A stretch of 64,000 bases of DNA from an uncultured virus (IMG/VR IMGVR_UViG_3300011334_000503) (Duplodnaviria; Heunggongvirae; Uroviricota; Caudoviricetes). Under the pieces are notes generated by a model. The model was not told the DNA's origin. It was given only the letters and a program-made list of their open reading frames with translations, and ran no database searches. The stretch lies in IMG/VR virus record IMGVR_UViG_3300011334_000503; one strand, given 5' to 3'. Both the position numbers and the translations under genes were made by a program. How positions within the stretch are numbered: the first letter of the stretch is position 1; each line of letters opens with the position of its first letter. Positions 1 to 8,961 of this stretch are shown here, in pieces.

Positions 1-942
1 GTATCCAGATCCTCCGTTGGTAATAGTGAATGAGGTTATTAATCCTCCAGATATAGTTGCTACAGCAGTTGCTGCAGTTCCTATTCCATCTGGTTCTTCT
101 ATTAATATACCTATATCCTGATTTACTCCATCAGTATATCCTGTGGCTGAGTGAATAAGATTAAGTCCAGTTACTTGCCCTCCAGAAATTGTAGCGGTCG
201 CGATAGAACATGGAAACGAGAAACAGAACGCGGGATGCTGTAAGTTTAGAATCCTAAGTCCGTAAAAATAACTCGATTCGTATATGTGGAAGTAATCCTT
301 TGTAGGATTAGCTGCGGTCAACCTTACTGTACGCAAGTTGTCTCCAACTATCGCTACTCCAGGAGGAACTACGATAGGGTTTTGCTCGGTGTAGTCTCCT
401 GACCCGACAAATATCGTATATCTTTTTATATTATACGGGCTTTTAGCGCCTAAGCTGTCTACAGCTGCTTTTATCGTTTTGAAAGGCTTGTGAGGCTCTG
501 TACCATCGTTAGTATCTATACCTTCTGGTGAAACATAAAGCCTTTTTGATCCGGACATTGCATTTTCTAGCAAATCTGTCCTTTGATCGAAAGAACCACT
601 GTCTGATTTGTAGCTAGAGGTAAAGTTATTAAACCCAATTAGAGTTGTGTAATTAGGCGCAAAGGATGCAGTGTTAGCGTTGATCGCTTGTGTAGCATAA
701 CTAGCTGTACCTATTAAATTGCCATAAATTTGAGTTATAAAAAAAGATCCGGACACGTCTAAAGATCCAGATACTATAAATGATCCGCTTATTTCAACTC
801 CATCGCTTTTTAGATACAGTCCAGTTGCGCTTCCGGTACCGTCCGATATGTTTTTAAAATTAGGAGTTATTTGCCCGTTATCGCCTACTTTTAGTAACGA
901 TTTGTATGTATCCTTTATCTTTTGTCCAGTTAATGATGCCAT
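1..942 (-). CDS. Virion/tail-fibre-like protein (runs off window start), with beta-helix/DUF1565-like segment
   Basis: Hand-translated from ATG at 942: MASLTGQKIKDTYKSLLKV...LYVSPEGIDTNDG...PFKTIKAA...IFVGSGDYTEQNPIVVPPGVAIVGDNLR; no stop seen before base 1; SGS/TAS-rich. Confidence 0.7.
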   Translation of the reverse strand, partial: MASLTGQKIKDTYKSLLKVGDNGQITPNFKNISDGTGSATGLYLKSDGVEISGSFIVSGSLDVSGSFFITQIYGNLIGTASYATQAINANTASFAPNYTTLIGFNNFTSSYKSDSGSFDQRTDLLENAMSGSKRLYVSPEGIDTNDGTEPHKPFKTIKAAVDSLGAKSPYNIKRYTIFVGSGDYTEQNPIVVPPGVAIVGDNLRTVRLTAANPTKDYFHIYESSYFYGLRILNLQHPAFCFSFPCSIATATISGGQVTGLNLIHSATGYTDGVNQDIGILIEEPDGIGTAATAVATISGGLITSFTITNGGSGY

Positions 943-1012
943 TTTCTTTTTTTAAGTACTATCAATAAATATGAAGTAATTCTATGTTTATCACAACCAG
1001 TTTTCTTAGTTT

Positions 1013-1318
1013 TTACAAACTTCCCGTACTAATAGATCCACTAACAGATAAGTTTCCTACTATAGCTACTGAACCTGATACATCTATCGTTCCAGCTTGA
1101 TAAGCGCTTGAAGTAACTACTGTATTTCCATAAATTATAAAATCGGGTATACCAGTCTTAGTTCCATCCCAGTTTCCAAAAGCTTCATTCCAATTAACGT
1201 CTACGTCTTCTGGATTTTGAAGAGCAGTTGGTACTTTAGATCCACTCAATATAAGTTGATCATCTGCCTCATTGTAATGTAAGTTAGATAGTATTTGTTT
1301 TAGTTTTATTCTTGCCAT
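1013..1318 (-). CDS. Hypothetical virion protein
   Basis: ORF track; SGS-rich C-terminus; structural gene block. Confidence 0.6.
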   Translation of the reverse strand: MARIKLKQILSNLHYNEADDQLILSGSKVPTALQNPEDVDVNWNEAFGNWDGTKTGIPDFIIYGNTVVTSSAYQAGTIDVSGSVAIVGNLSVSGSISTGSL

Positions 1319-1322
1319 AGTA

Positions 1323-1667
1323 TTATAAAAATTTTCCTATTGATATTATAGTATCTCCATATTCAAATTGGTATTGCAAAACTTCTGGATCTATGACTAA
1401 AATAGAGCTACTTAGCGAAGAAGTAAAACTTTGTATAGCTTCAAACTCAAGGCTAGATCCATTTATATAAAATTCAAATTGATCGCTAGAGTTTGGTGGA
1501 AAATCTGAAGGAGCTACTGCCCAACTTCTATTAAAAGTAGCGGTTCTGTAGTCGGTATAAGACCCAGTAATAACAGTATTAGACGCCAAGTAGTTCAAGA
1601 TATCTGCTCTTGAATTAGTGGCGCCTTGTCCAGTACCTTTAACTATTATATTCTTATCTGGTATCAT
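1323..1667 (-). CDS. Hypothetical virion protein, paralogue of the C-terminal domain of 1664..2929
   Basis: Visible alignment NYL..NT...G.Y.....TFN..WA.APS..PPNSS..F....NG...E...IGKF. Confidence 0.7.
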   Translation of the reverse strand: MIPDKNIIVKGTGQGATNSRADILNYLASNTVITGSYTDYRTATFNRSWAVAPSDFPPNSSDQFEFYINGSSLEFEAIQSFTSSLSSSILVIDPEVLQYQFEYGDTIISIGKFL

Positions 1668-2929
1668 ATCGCAGAAAATTTACCGATAGCTATTACTAGA
1701 TCATTAGATTCTAGACTGTATCCAAGCAATGCTGGATTAATAACTAATGTAGAATACGTTATATTGTCTGTAAAAGTATAAGAAGATGGTTCAATGTAGA
1801 CTCCATTCACAAATATATTGAAATTTGATGAACTATTTGGAGGCAAAGGACTAGGAGCTTCTGCCCAGCCTTTATTAAAAGTTACAGAGGTTGAATTTAC
1901 GTAGGTTCCGACTAAACTTGTATTGTTTATTAAGTAATTTGCGTAAATTGGAGTTAATCCTTGTGAACCTCCATCGTTAACAATAATATTAACTCCGTCT
2001 TGAGCTAAAATAGCGCCTAAAGGTTTAAAATTATTCGATCTTTTCTTCACGGCTTCAGTTGATTGTGCGCTATCACTCGTTTCTATTCCAAATATAATCT
2101 TAGAAACCCCATAAACTTTATTCGCACTTGCCAAACTCTTGTTTATCGATTCAGGTATGATGTATCCATTTAAAGTGATGCTAAAAGTGTTTTTTACAGC
2201 TCTGTCTTCTCCCACTTCGTAAGTTATGCTCTCATCGAAAGACTCTATTGAAGAATAAAATTGAAACTTAGTAGGATCTCCCCAATAAGTTCTAGAAGCA
2301 AAGTTTATTGACTCAACTAAAGCGTCCATTTGCTCTACAAAGTAAGTCCAGACTACGCAATCGTAATTTACTGTTACGTAATCAGGAGTTATAGAAGCTA
2401 TATATTCTGTTTCTGGAACTCTATTGTTTAGAACGGCAAAGTTTCCATATACGTTTCTTTTGCTAAAAGTCTTTTGGAACAATTGCATGTTTTTTGTCAC
2501 GTTTCCGTCTATTTTAGAACCAAGACCGCGATTCTGAGTCATGCCTTTTCTTCTAAACATGATCAATGGGGCTAATAGTCTACCGTTTGCGTCCCTATAG
2601 TATCCATCTGCTTGAACTGATTTCCAGTTTTCCGGGTCTCCGTAAAGCACTGGAACGTTTATTTTTGTATTGTTTTGAATAACAAACGGCTTAATGACTT
2701 CTTTGAAATAGTACATTATAGCTTGATCAAAGTCTTGTATTCCTACTTTAAACTCCCTAACGTTGTCATTCTTTAACGATATCTCGTTAGCTCTATTGAT
2801 TTCTGGTTGACCAAGTTTAGTAGGCTCAGAGAATATTTCGGTAGCAGGTAAATACTTAGGATCGTAAGGATCTACGAGCTTACTCATAAACTCACGTCTG
2901 TTCTCTGGTCTCACTACTTGATTAGCCAT
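1664..2929 (-). CDS. Tail terminator/sheath stabiliser-like protein (T4 gp15-like) with extra C-terminal domain
   Basis: INVPVLYGDPE..K and APLIMF motifs; position after two neck genes as in T4 gp13-14-15. Confidence 0.55.
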   Translation of the reverse strand: MANQVVRPENRREFMSKLVDPYDPKYLPATEIFSEPTKLGQPEINRANEISLKNDNVREFKVGIQDFDQAIMYYFKEVIKPFVIQNNTKINVPVLYGDPENWKSVQADGYYRDANGRLLAPLIMFRRKGMTQNRGLGSKIDGNVTKNMQLFQKTFSKRNVYGNFAVLNNRVPETEYIASITPDYVTVNYDCVVWTYFVEQMDALVESINFASRTYWGDPTKFQFYSSIESFDESITYEVGEDRAVKNTFSITLNGYIIPESINKSLASANKVYGVSKIIFGIETSDSAQSTEAVKKRSNNFKPLGAILAQDGVNIIVNDGGSQGLTPIYANYLINNTSLVGTYVNSTSVTFNKGWAEAPSPLPPNSSSNFNIFVNGVYIEPSSYTFTDNITYSTLVINPALLGYSLESNDLVIAIGKFSAI

Positions 2930-3420
2930 TATAATCTATTTAAGTTTATTCCTAACCTATCTGGACTCACGTAATGAGTCTCTAGAATGATTGAGAGTGA
3001 GTTACCGTAGTTTTGTAATCCTTCTGAGTACGCGTAATCATTATCTTTACCAACTATGTATTGGTTTTCATTAACATTATTTACTTCAAAGTAGTGTTCA
3101 TTCCACATCACTATATCTCCAATCTCAGGGAAAACTCCAGTCTCTTGCAAATGATCTTTAAAAAATCTAAATACAGACTTTCTATTAACGTCTATAGCAT
3201 AGTCTATCCTGTTTACTCCAAAATCTCCTCTTTCTATAAGACAGTTTAGTAAAACAGGTCCTATATAATATTTATTTACTGCTTCTCCATACATGTTGAC
3301 TGGAGTATCGCTCAATTTTATTTTGTAATATCCTATTTGCGTAGATATTATATCTTCAAGAAGTTCTCTAGTCATGCTTTTAAATAAGCTAATATCTCTA
3401 AGCGTTCCAAATAATGCCAT
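2929..3420 (-). CDS. Neck/head-closure protein (T4 gp14-like)
   Basis: N-MYGE and PEIGDIV...YFEV motifs; synteny. Confidence 0.6.
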   Translation of the reverse strand: MALFGTLRDISLFKSMTRELLEDIISTQIGYYKIKLSDTPVNMYGEAVNKYYIGPVLLNCLIERGDFGVNRIDYAIDVNRKSVFRFFKDHLQETGVFPEIGDIVMWNEHYFEVNNVNENQYIVGKDNDYAYSEGLQNYGNSLSIILETHYVSPDRLGINLNRL

Positions 3421-4586
3421 TATCCTATGTATATTAAAAGTGGTACTTCCTTAAGTGTGTCTGACAGAGAAGCTTGTTCTGACTGTTTTCTTTCTAATTG
3501 AGACCTTCTAGACATATCTTCAAAATCTTGTCTAAGTTTATCTCTTAAAGCTAATTGAGTTTCTTTACCTTTAGATATAAGATCTGCTCCGTTAAGAGTT
3601 ACTTCTGATCCAGGAATCGGCACTTCAGAGTATTTTCCTCTAACTAGTCCAAGTATTTCTGATGCTAAAGCTAGCGCGTACTCATATATCCACTGCTTTC
3701 CTGGTTGATTAATTTGTGCATACGTTATATTTCCATAAGGCGCTTTTGAAGCATTACTAACTAATCCTGTATTTGCACCATAAGGACTATTTAATATAAC
3801 GTTTGAGGAATCGCTCTTCTTAGAGTATTCGATCCAAACTACCGCATTATCTATTTCAGGTTTTGGAAATATTTTTAATTTGTTGTTGACTATTTCAAAG
3901 CTAAATGCTGAGCGTCTAACTGTATTAGACATCTCGATCTCTTGAATCCTTTGAATGTCCCAATAAACTGGGAAAAGAACGAAGTTAAGACCAGGAGAGT
4001 AAGATGCCCATCCAAAGTTTTCAGTTGCTCCTTGATAGTTTATTGATCCTCCTATGTATGGATCATAGTATTGATTGATAGCTGGCACTCCTTGATAAAA
4101 CACGGTTTGAATAACCATCCTATCTGTAGCGTCTATATAATTGTTTTGTATTCCCCAAGCTTGAAGATCGTATACTTGTTGACCCGCTATGAGAGATAGT
4201 GAACCAGATCTACGATCTACGTTTCCTCCTAACATTGCGGCTTGCCCGTAAGTATCGGAAATATTTATAATGTTCTGTAAAGAAGCTCCTACTACAATAT
4301 TATTTAATTGAGACGCTGTTGGAGCTCCTTCTAAAGAAATATAGTTATCTTTTATCTTGGATTGATAAAGCTCTTCTGCGTATATAGCAACAGATTCTTC
4401 GAAACAAGCATACATTTGATCTTCAATAAGTTCTACATCCATAATAGGATATCCTAACTTAATTGCTATGTATTTAGCTACTTTGTCAGCATCAGCTTGG
4501 AAACTTGCATCGTTATCATAAAATCCGAAAGGCGTATCTCCAGGCGCAAAGCTAGAAGATCCAGGCCATATGGGACGGTTTGCCAT
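3420..4586 (-). CDS. Neck protein (T4 gp13-like adaptor)
   Basis: YIAIKLGYPIMDVEL, WIYEYALAL..E.LG..RGKY, VTLNG..L motifs typical of gp13-like proteins. Confidence 0.75.
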   Translation of the reverse strand: MANRPIWPGSSSFAPGDTPFGFYDNDASFQADADKVAKYIAIKLGYPIMDVELIEDQMYACFEESVAIYAEELYQSKIKDNYISLEGAPTASQLNNIVVGASLQNIINISDTYGQAAMLGGNVDRRSGSLSLIAGQQVYDLQAWGIQNNYIDATDRMVIQTVFYQGVPAINQYYDPYIGGSINYQGATENFGWASYSPGLNFVLFPVYWDIQRIQEIEMSNTVRRSAFSFEIVNNKLKIFPKPEIDNAVVWIEYSKKSDSSNVILNSPYGANTGLVSNASKAPYGNITYAQINQPGKQWIYEYALALASEILGLVRGKYSEVPIPGSEVTLNGADLISKGKETQLALRDKLRQDFEDMSRRSQLERKQSEQASLSDTLKEVPLLIYIG

Positions 4587-4595
4587 AGTTATTTA

Positions 4596-5276
4596 TTATC
4601 TAAAGTTATCGTATACTTTTAATATGTCTTCTACTATTGGATCTCTATGATTAGTCTTTAAGGTAAACACTCCAAATCCAGTAACAGAGGCGAAGTTATC
4701 GCATATAAATTTAAAACCTGATGACTTTCTATCTTTTAAGTCAATTTGAGCAGTATCTCCACACAGTATCATCTTTGATCCTATACACAATCTACCTAAC
4801 ATAAGCTCCATTTGAGGACTGGTTATGTTTTGCGCTTCATCTACTACTACGCAACAATTGGTTAAGTTTCTTCCTCTCATAAAAGCAAGCGGTATTACTT
4901 CTATGTTTCCTTCCATGATCTCTTTATCGATCTTATCTTTGCTATACAACCTATACATATTATCATATATGGCAGCTGTATACGGTGCTAGCTTAGCGTC
5001 TTTATCTCCAGGAAGAAAACCAAGATCTTCTCCAGAAGTAATTGCTGGTCTAGTTAGGATTATCCTCTCTACTTCTTTTCTGAATAACATGTCTAGAGCA
5101 ACTTGCGCTGCTACCATAGATTTTCCAGATCCAGCTTGACCTTTTAAAACCGTTATTTTGTTTTGAAGTATAAAGGACTTAGCTTCCTTTTGCTCTTCGT
5201 TTAATGAAACAGAAAACTTGATTGGATTCTTTAACTTTTTTGCCGATTTTTGTGCAGAATTGTATCCTTCGTTCAT
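4596..5276 (-). CDS. phoH: PhoH-family ATPase
   Basis: GQAGSGKS Walker A, LGFLPGD, FMRGR, VDEAQN, GDTAQIDL. Confidence 0.95.
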   Translation of the reverse strand: MNEGYNSAQKSAKKLKNPIKFSVSLNEEQKEAKSFILQNKITVLKGQAGSGKSMVAAQVALDMLFRKEVERIILTRPAITSGEDLGFLPGDKDAKLAPYTAAIYDNMYRLYSKDKIDKEIMEGNIEVIPLAFMRGRNLTNCCVVVDEAQNITSPQMELMLGRLCIGSKMILCGDTAQIDLKDRKSSGFKFICDNFASVTGFGVFTLKTNHRDPIVEDILKVYDNFR

Positions 5277-5311
5277 GAAACAGTTTTGTATAAATATGTT
5301 CAGACCAAAAT

Positions 5312-5336
5312 AAAAAAGCCTGACCGAAGTCAGGCT
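5312..5336 (-). terminator. Intrinsic terminator after major capsid gene
   Basis: Minus strand AGCCTGAC-TTCG-GTCAGGCT followed by T-run; C(UUCG)G tetraloop. Confidence 0.9.
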
Positions 5337-5363
5337 CTTTAATTTATTGTGTTACCTTAAAGG

Positions 5364-7043
5364 TTAGACAATGTTAAGATCAGATACATGTACCAATCCG
5401 TAGAATTCAGGACGAACCATGGTCATCGCGTAGCGAGTCATGATACCTTTTCTAGGAGTGAAGGTGTTCGGATCGTAGATCAATGGAGTCATGATCAATG
5501 GAACGTAAGGGCTATAAACCGCTCCGCACTCAAGGAACTGACCACCTTTGTAACCCATAAGGATCACGTTCTCAGTCATGTAAGGGTTTTTGTAAACCTT
5601 GTAACGACTGTTAAGGGCACCGATCTTTTGTACACCGAAAGCGTACTTCATTGTATCTGCTGCACCGTCAGTATCAGCTGCGAATCCAGGAATTGATTCC
5701 AAGATGGTAGCGATAGCTGGGGAAACAACCATGAAGTTTGCACCGCCTCTCATTGTACGCTGATGGATGATGTTGCTCACCTTCTGAAGCTTGATACCAA
5801 TTGTTTGGAACCAGCTCATTTGAGTGTAGTAAACACCAGCGGTATTTAGATTAAATCCTGTACCAGTAGCATTGATTTGGTTACCAACCTTAGCAGACCA
5901 GTTTTCTACGATTGGAGCAGCGTTGATCAACATGTCAAGAACTTCGAGGTCGATCTCAAGAGAGATGTGCTCAGAAAGTAGACCGGTCAATTCGGCTTCA
6001 GCATCAAGAGAATGGTAAGCGTTAAGATCTTGTGCAAATTCTGGAGTCCATTGTGCTTTCAACTTACGAGTTTTAGCAGAGATGGTTTGGCTCTTCATCT
6101 GTACGTTAATCTCAGGGATAACGATAGAAGTGTTAGAAGCTGCGTTAGGAACTGAAGGAGAGGTTGTACGATCTTCAAAATCACCACGGCTATTAAAGTC
6201 AGTAGCTTTGTTGAAATAAACTGACCAACCTGGGATACCAGATCCAGTAACTTCTGTTTGAGATGCAGTTACGTAGAAGTTGATGTTACCACCTACAAGT
6301 TCTGTGAAAGCAGGTAACAATTTAGCTGCGTCAAGACCAAAATTAGAACCAGAAGTTATTACGAAAGACCTAACAGTGTTTGGATCAAAAGAAGGAATAG
6401 ATGCAGTTGGAAGAGATACTTTTTTAATTTGTCCAGCCTCAATAGAAGCAGAAACAGAAGAATCAAATCTAACATCAAATTGAGAAGCAGAAACGTAAGG
6501 AACTCCAGCGGCTGAACCGGTAGAAGTTACGAATGCAGAAGATGAGAATTGGTTCAAAGAGTACCCAAATTTACCAGCACCGTATAGAGCGCCAGCAGCT
6601 TGGTTACCAAAGTTTGCACTTGGGGTACCGTAAACTGAATCATTTACTCCAAAAGGAGTCTTGCTATTACCATATTGAAAGTCAAGATAGAATACAAGAC
6701 CTGCAGGAAGGTTCATTGGTTGAACTGAAACGAACTCTTTAGAAGCGATTTGACCGAAAATCTTACGCACCAAAGGAAGAGCTACGCCAGCCCATTGTTC
6801 ACCATTACCAGCAGTAAAAGATGCTTGTGGAGTACCAGCTCCACCGGTTTGAGTAGATTCTACTACAAGCTGTTTAGCTTGGTTTTCGAGGATAACCGCT
6901 ACAGTTGAGCGATCACCTTCGTTGAGGCCTTTAAGAAGACCTGATTTTTGCCACTTAGCAGCGAGCTTGTTAGCAACACTGAACTGATCGAAGTGTGCTG
7001 TTTTGGCTGACTCGTTAAGTAACGATTGTACTAGGTTTGCCAT
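5364..7043 (-). CDS. Major capsid protein (T4 gp23-like)
   Basis: LENQ, VSVQPMNLPAGLVFYL, AKTRKLKAQWTPEFAQDL, YSPYVPL, GIMTRYA. Confidence 0.97.
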   Translation of the reverse strand: MANLVQSLLNESAKTAHFDQFSVANKLAAKWQKSGLLKGLNEGDRSTVAVILENQAKQLVVESTQTGGAGTPQASFTAGNGEQWAGVALPLVRKIFGQIASKEFVSVQPMNLPAGLVFYLDFQYGNSKTPFGVNDSVYGTPSANFGNQAAGALYGAGKFGYSLNQFSSSAFVTSTGSAAGVPYVSASQFDVRFDSSVSASIEAGQIKKVSLPTASIPSFDPNTVRSFVITSGSNFGLDAAKLLPAFTELVGGNINFYVTASQTEVTGSGIPGWSVYFNKATDFNSRGDFEDRTTSPSVPNAASNTSIVIPEINVQMKSQTISAKTRKLKAQWTPEFAQDLNAYHSLDAEAELTGLLSEHISLEIDLEVLDMLINAAPIVENWSAKVGNQINATGTGFNLNTAGVYYTQMSWFQTIGIKLQKVSNIIHQRTMRGGANFMVVSPAIATILESIPGFAADTDGAADTMKYAFGVQKIGALNSRYKVYKNPYMTENVILMGYKGGQFLECGAVYSPYVPLIMTPLIYDPNTFTPRKGIMTRYAMTMVRPEFYGLVHVSDLNIV

Positions 7044-7067
7044 TGTTAAAATATTAATTTTTGATTA

Positions 7068-8102
7068 TTATAGACCTGCTAATTTTTGCCACCTGTTAAC
7101 GAAAGGATCTGCATCGATTACGTTAGTTCGTGGTGATACGCCAGCGGGTTTTGAAGCGTATCCAAATGATTCTTGGATTTGAGATTTCTTTTTAGCAGTC
7201 ACTGACTCCTTAAGAATCTCGAATGTGTTTTTAACCTCTTTTACTGATGTTGCTTTGTCGAAAGCTTTGACCACTTGAATCTTTTGAGACTCTGTAAGAG
7301 TTTTGGCTTTGAAGATTTTGTTCATGTAAAGAAGCTTAGCATTGAGAAGATTAACCTCATTTAAAGATTGAGTAAGTTCAGCAATAGTATGCTTAGCGTC
7401 TTTCAATTCTTTTTCGGTTTCGTCTACTTTTTTGTCTTTTACTTTAACAGAGTGCATATATGCTCCTGCTTTTTTCTCTTGTAAAGAGTCTTCTTCTTCG
7501 AGTTCGGCTAAGATTTCGTCAAGAGAGAATGATTCCTCGTCTTCTACTTCTTCTTTGCTTTCTTCGTCTTCCATGTCTTCCATACCTTCTTCGTCGTCAG
7601 CCATTTCGTCAGATGCCAATTCAGGATTTAGACCTTTGATCTTATCGATCAAATCTTTAAGATCGCCAAGTGAAACAGTAATTTCTTGTGTTTCTTCTGC
7701 GGCTTCATCTCCTTCTGTGTCATCAAACTCTTCAGCTGCTTCGTCTTCGGTTTCAGCTTCTTCAATTTCTTCTGCCTCTTCTAGATCTTCTGATTCTTCG
7801 AGCTCTTCAGAATCTTCTTCAGAAAGTGCGTCAAGTTCAGCGAGAATTTCGTCAAGATCGCCTTCGCCTAGAGTTTCCTCCATGCCATCGTATCCTTCTT
7901 CCATTTCGTGATCCATTCCTTCTTCCATTTCTTCAGTTTCTTCTAGCTCTTCGACTTCATCGAGTTCTTCGGAGAGTTTCAGTCGAACCATTTCTTTGAT
8001 TTGTGGTTCAAAAGCTTCTTGTAGTGCAGACTTTGCGTTCGCCATAGCAGACGCGCGTAAAGCTTTAGCATCAGCAATTGCTTGTTGGTAAATGTTTTCC
8101 AT
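7068..8102 (-). CDS. Prohead core scaffolding protein (gp22-like)
   Basis: Highly acidic, coiled-coil; between protease and capsid genes. Confidence 0.75.
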   Translation of the reverse strand: MENIYQQAIADAKALRASAMANAKSALQEAFEPQIKEMVRLKLSEELDEVEELEETEEMEEGMDHEMEEGYDGMEETLGEGDLDEILAELDALSEEDSEELEESEDLEEAEEIEEAETEDEAAEEFDDTEGDEAAEETQEITVSLGDLKDLIDKIKGLNPELASDEMADDEEGMEDMEDEESKEEVEDEESFSLDEILAELEEEDSLQEKKAGAYMHSVKVKDKKVDETEKELKDAKHTIAELTQSLNEVNLLNAKLLYMNKIFKAKTLTESQKIQVVKAFDKATSVKEVKNTFEILKESVTAKKKSQIQESFGYASKPAGVSPRTNVIDADPFVNRWQKLAGL

Positions 8103-8249
8103 TTTTTAAAAAATTTTTGATTTTTAATTGTCCATTGGTAGGAAAAGTGGGACAATATAGATTTTTTTGTTCTAGCTTCGCAATAGAACCGAAGCATTTT
8201 TATGGTAATAAATATCCGTATTTTTGTATAAACTCACTTATTACCAAAA

Positions 8250-8276
8250 ATAAAAACTCAACCTTACGGGGTTGAG
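8250..8276 (-). terminator. Intrinsic terminator after prohead protease
   Basis: CTCAACC/GGTTGAG stem, followed on minus strand by T-run. Confidence 0.7.
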
Positions 8277-8330
8277 ACGGTTTCGCATCGGTCTAAGAAT
8301 GCTAAACCACGTGATCCTAAAGGTAGCACG

Positions 8331-8960
8331 CTATCTTATGCAGCACTCGCCTGATACATTACAAATGATCTCAGAGATCATCCTGTTCGCTTTGGAGTAC
8401 TTATTTTCTTTATCTATAGTTCTATTGATAGATTCGTTAAGTCCTGAGGTAGGTCTCATGTACGCTCCGTATGTAGATGGCTGCGATACAAAGTCCCAAC
8501 AGATCAAATCAAGATCGTCTTCTACTTGTACAAGACCTTCACCGATAGGCGATACCGATCCAAGTGCTCTTGAAGAGATACCAACTGTGATATTGTTTTG
8601 AAAAAGCTGCTTTAATATGTTCCCTGATGGTGTTGGTAGAATTTCTATATCTCCATAGAGTTCTTTTCCTTCCCACCAAAGTTTAGTTATATTGTGACTA
8701 ACGTTTTTAAGGTTAACAACACTTGATTCTGGATGATCTAATTCTCCTAAAGCTCTATTCTCAGCGATTGGTCCCTGCATGTACTTCTCTACCTGAGTAT
8801 GTAGTATGTCGTAAGGATATATCCTACGATTGGCATTTGGTTTATCGCAAGCTTGTACTAGTCCTGAAACAATCATGTTTCCTACTGCTGACTTTACGCT
8901 TTCGTTTATCCTTTTGGTAGGAATAAACATTGCATGCTCTATAAGAAGTTGCTTAGTCAT
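8331..8960 (-). CDS. Prohead protease (T4 gp21-like)
   Basis: NANRRIYP, ALGELDHP, VSH, GISSRALGS, WDFVSQPS. Confidence 0.95.
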   Translation of the reverse strand: MTKQLLIEHAMFIPTKRINESVKSAVGNMIVSGLVQACDKPNANRRIYPYDILHTQVEKYMQGPIAENRALGELDHPESSVVNLKNVSHNITKLWWEGKELYGDIEILPTPSGNILKQLFQNNITVGISSRALGSVSPIGEGLVQVEDDLDLICWDFVSQPSTYGAYMRPTSGLNESINRTIDKENKYSKANRMISEIICNVSGECCIR

Positions 8961-8961
8961 A

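Noticed and set aside
7432..7999. Ser-rich and Leu-rich plus-strand ORFs
   Set aside because: Antisense shadows of the Glu-rich scaffold gene; the same applies to most short opposite-strand ORFs in the track
8160..8200. preQ1-I riboswitch
   Set aside because: Stem, GTTCTA loop and A-rich tail are superficially similar, but the conserved loop cytidines are absent and the downstream gene is a scaffold protein
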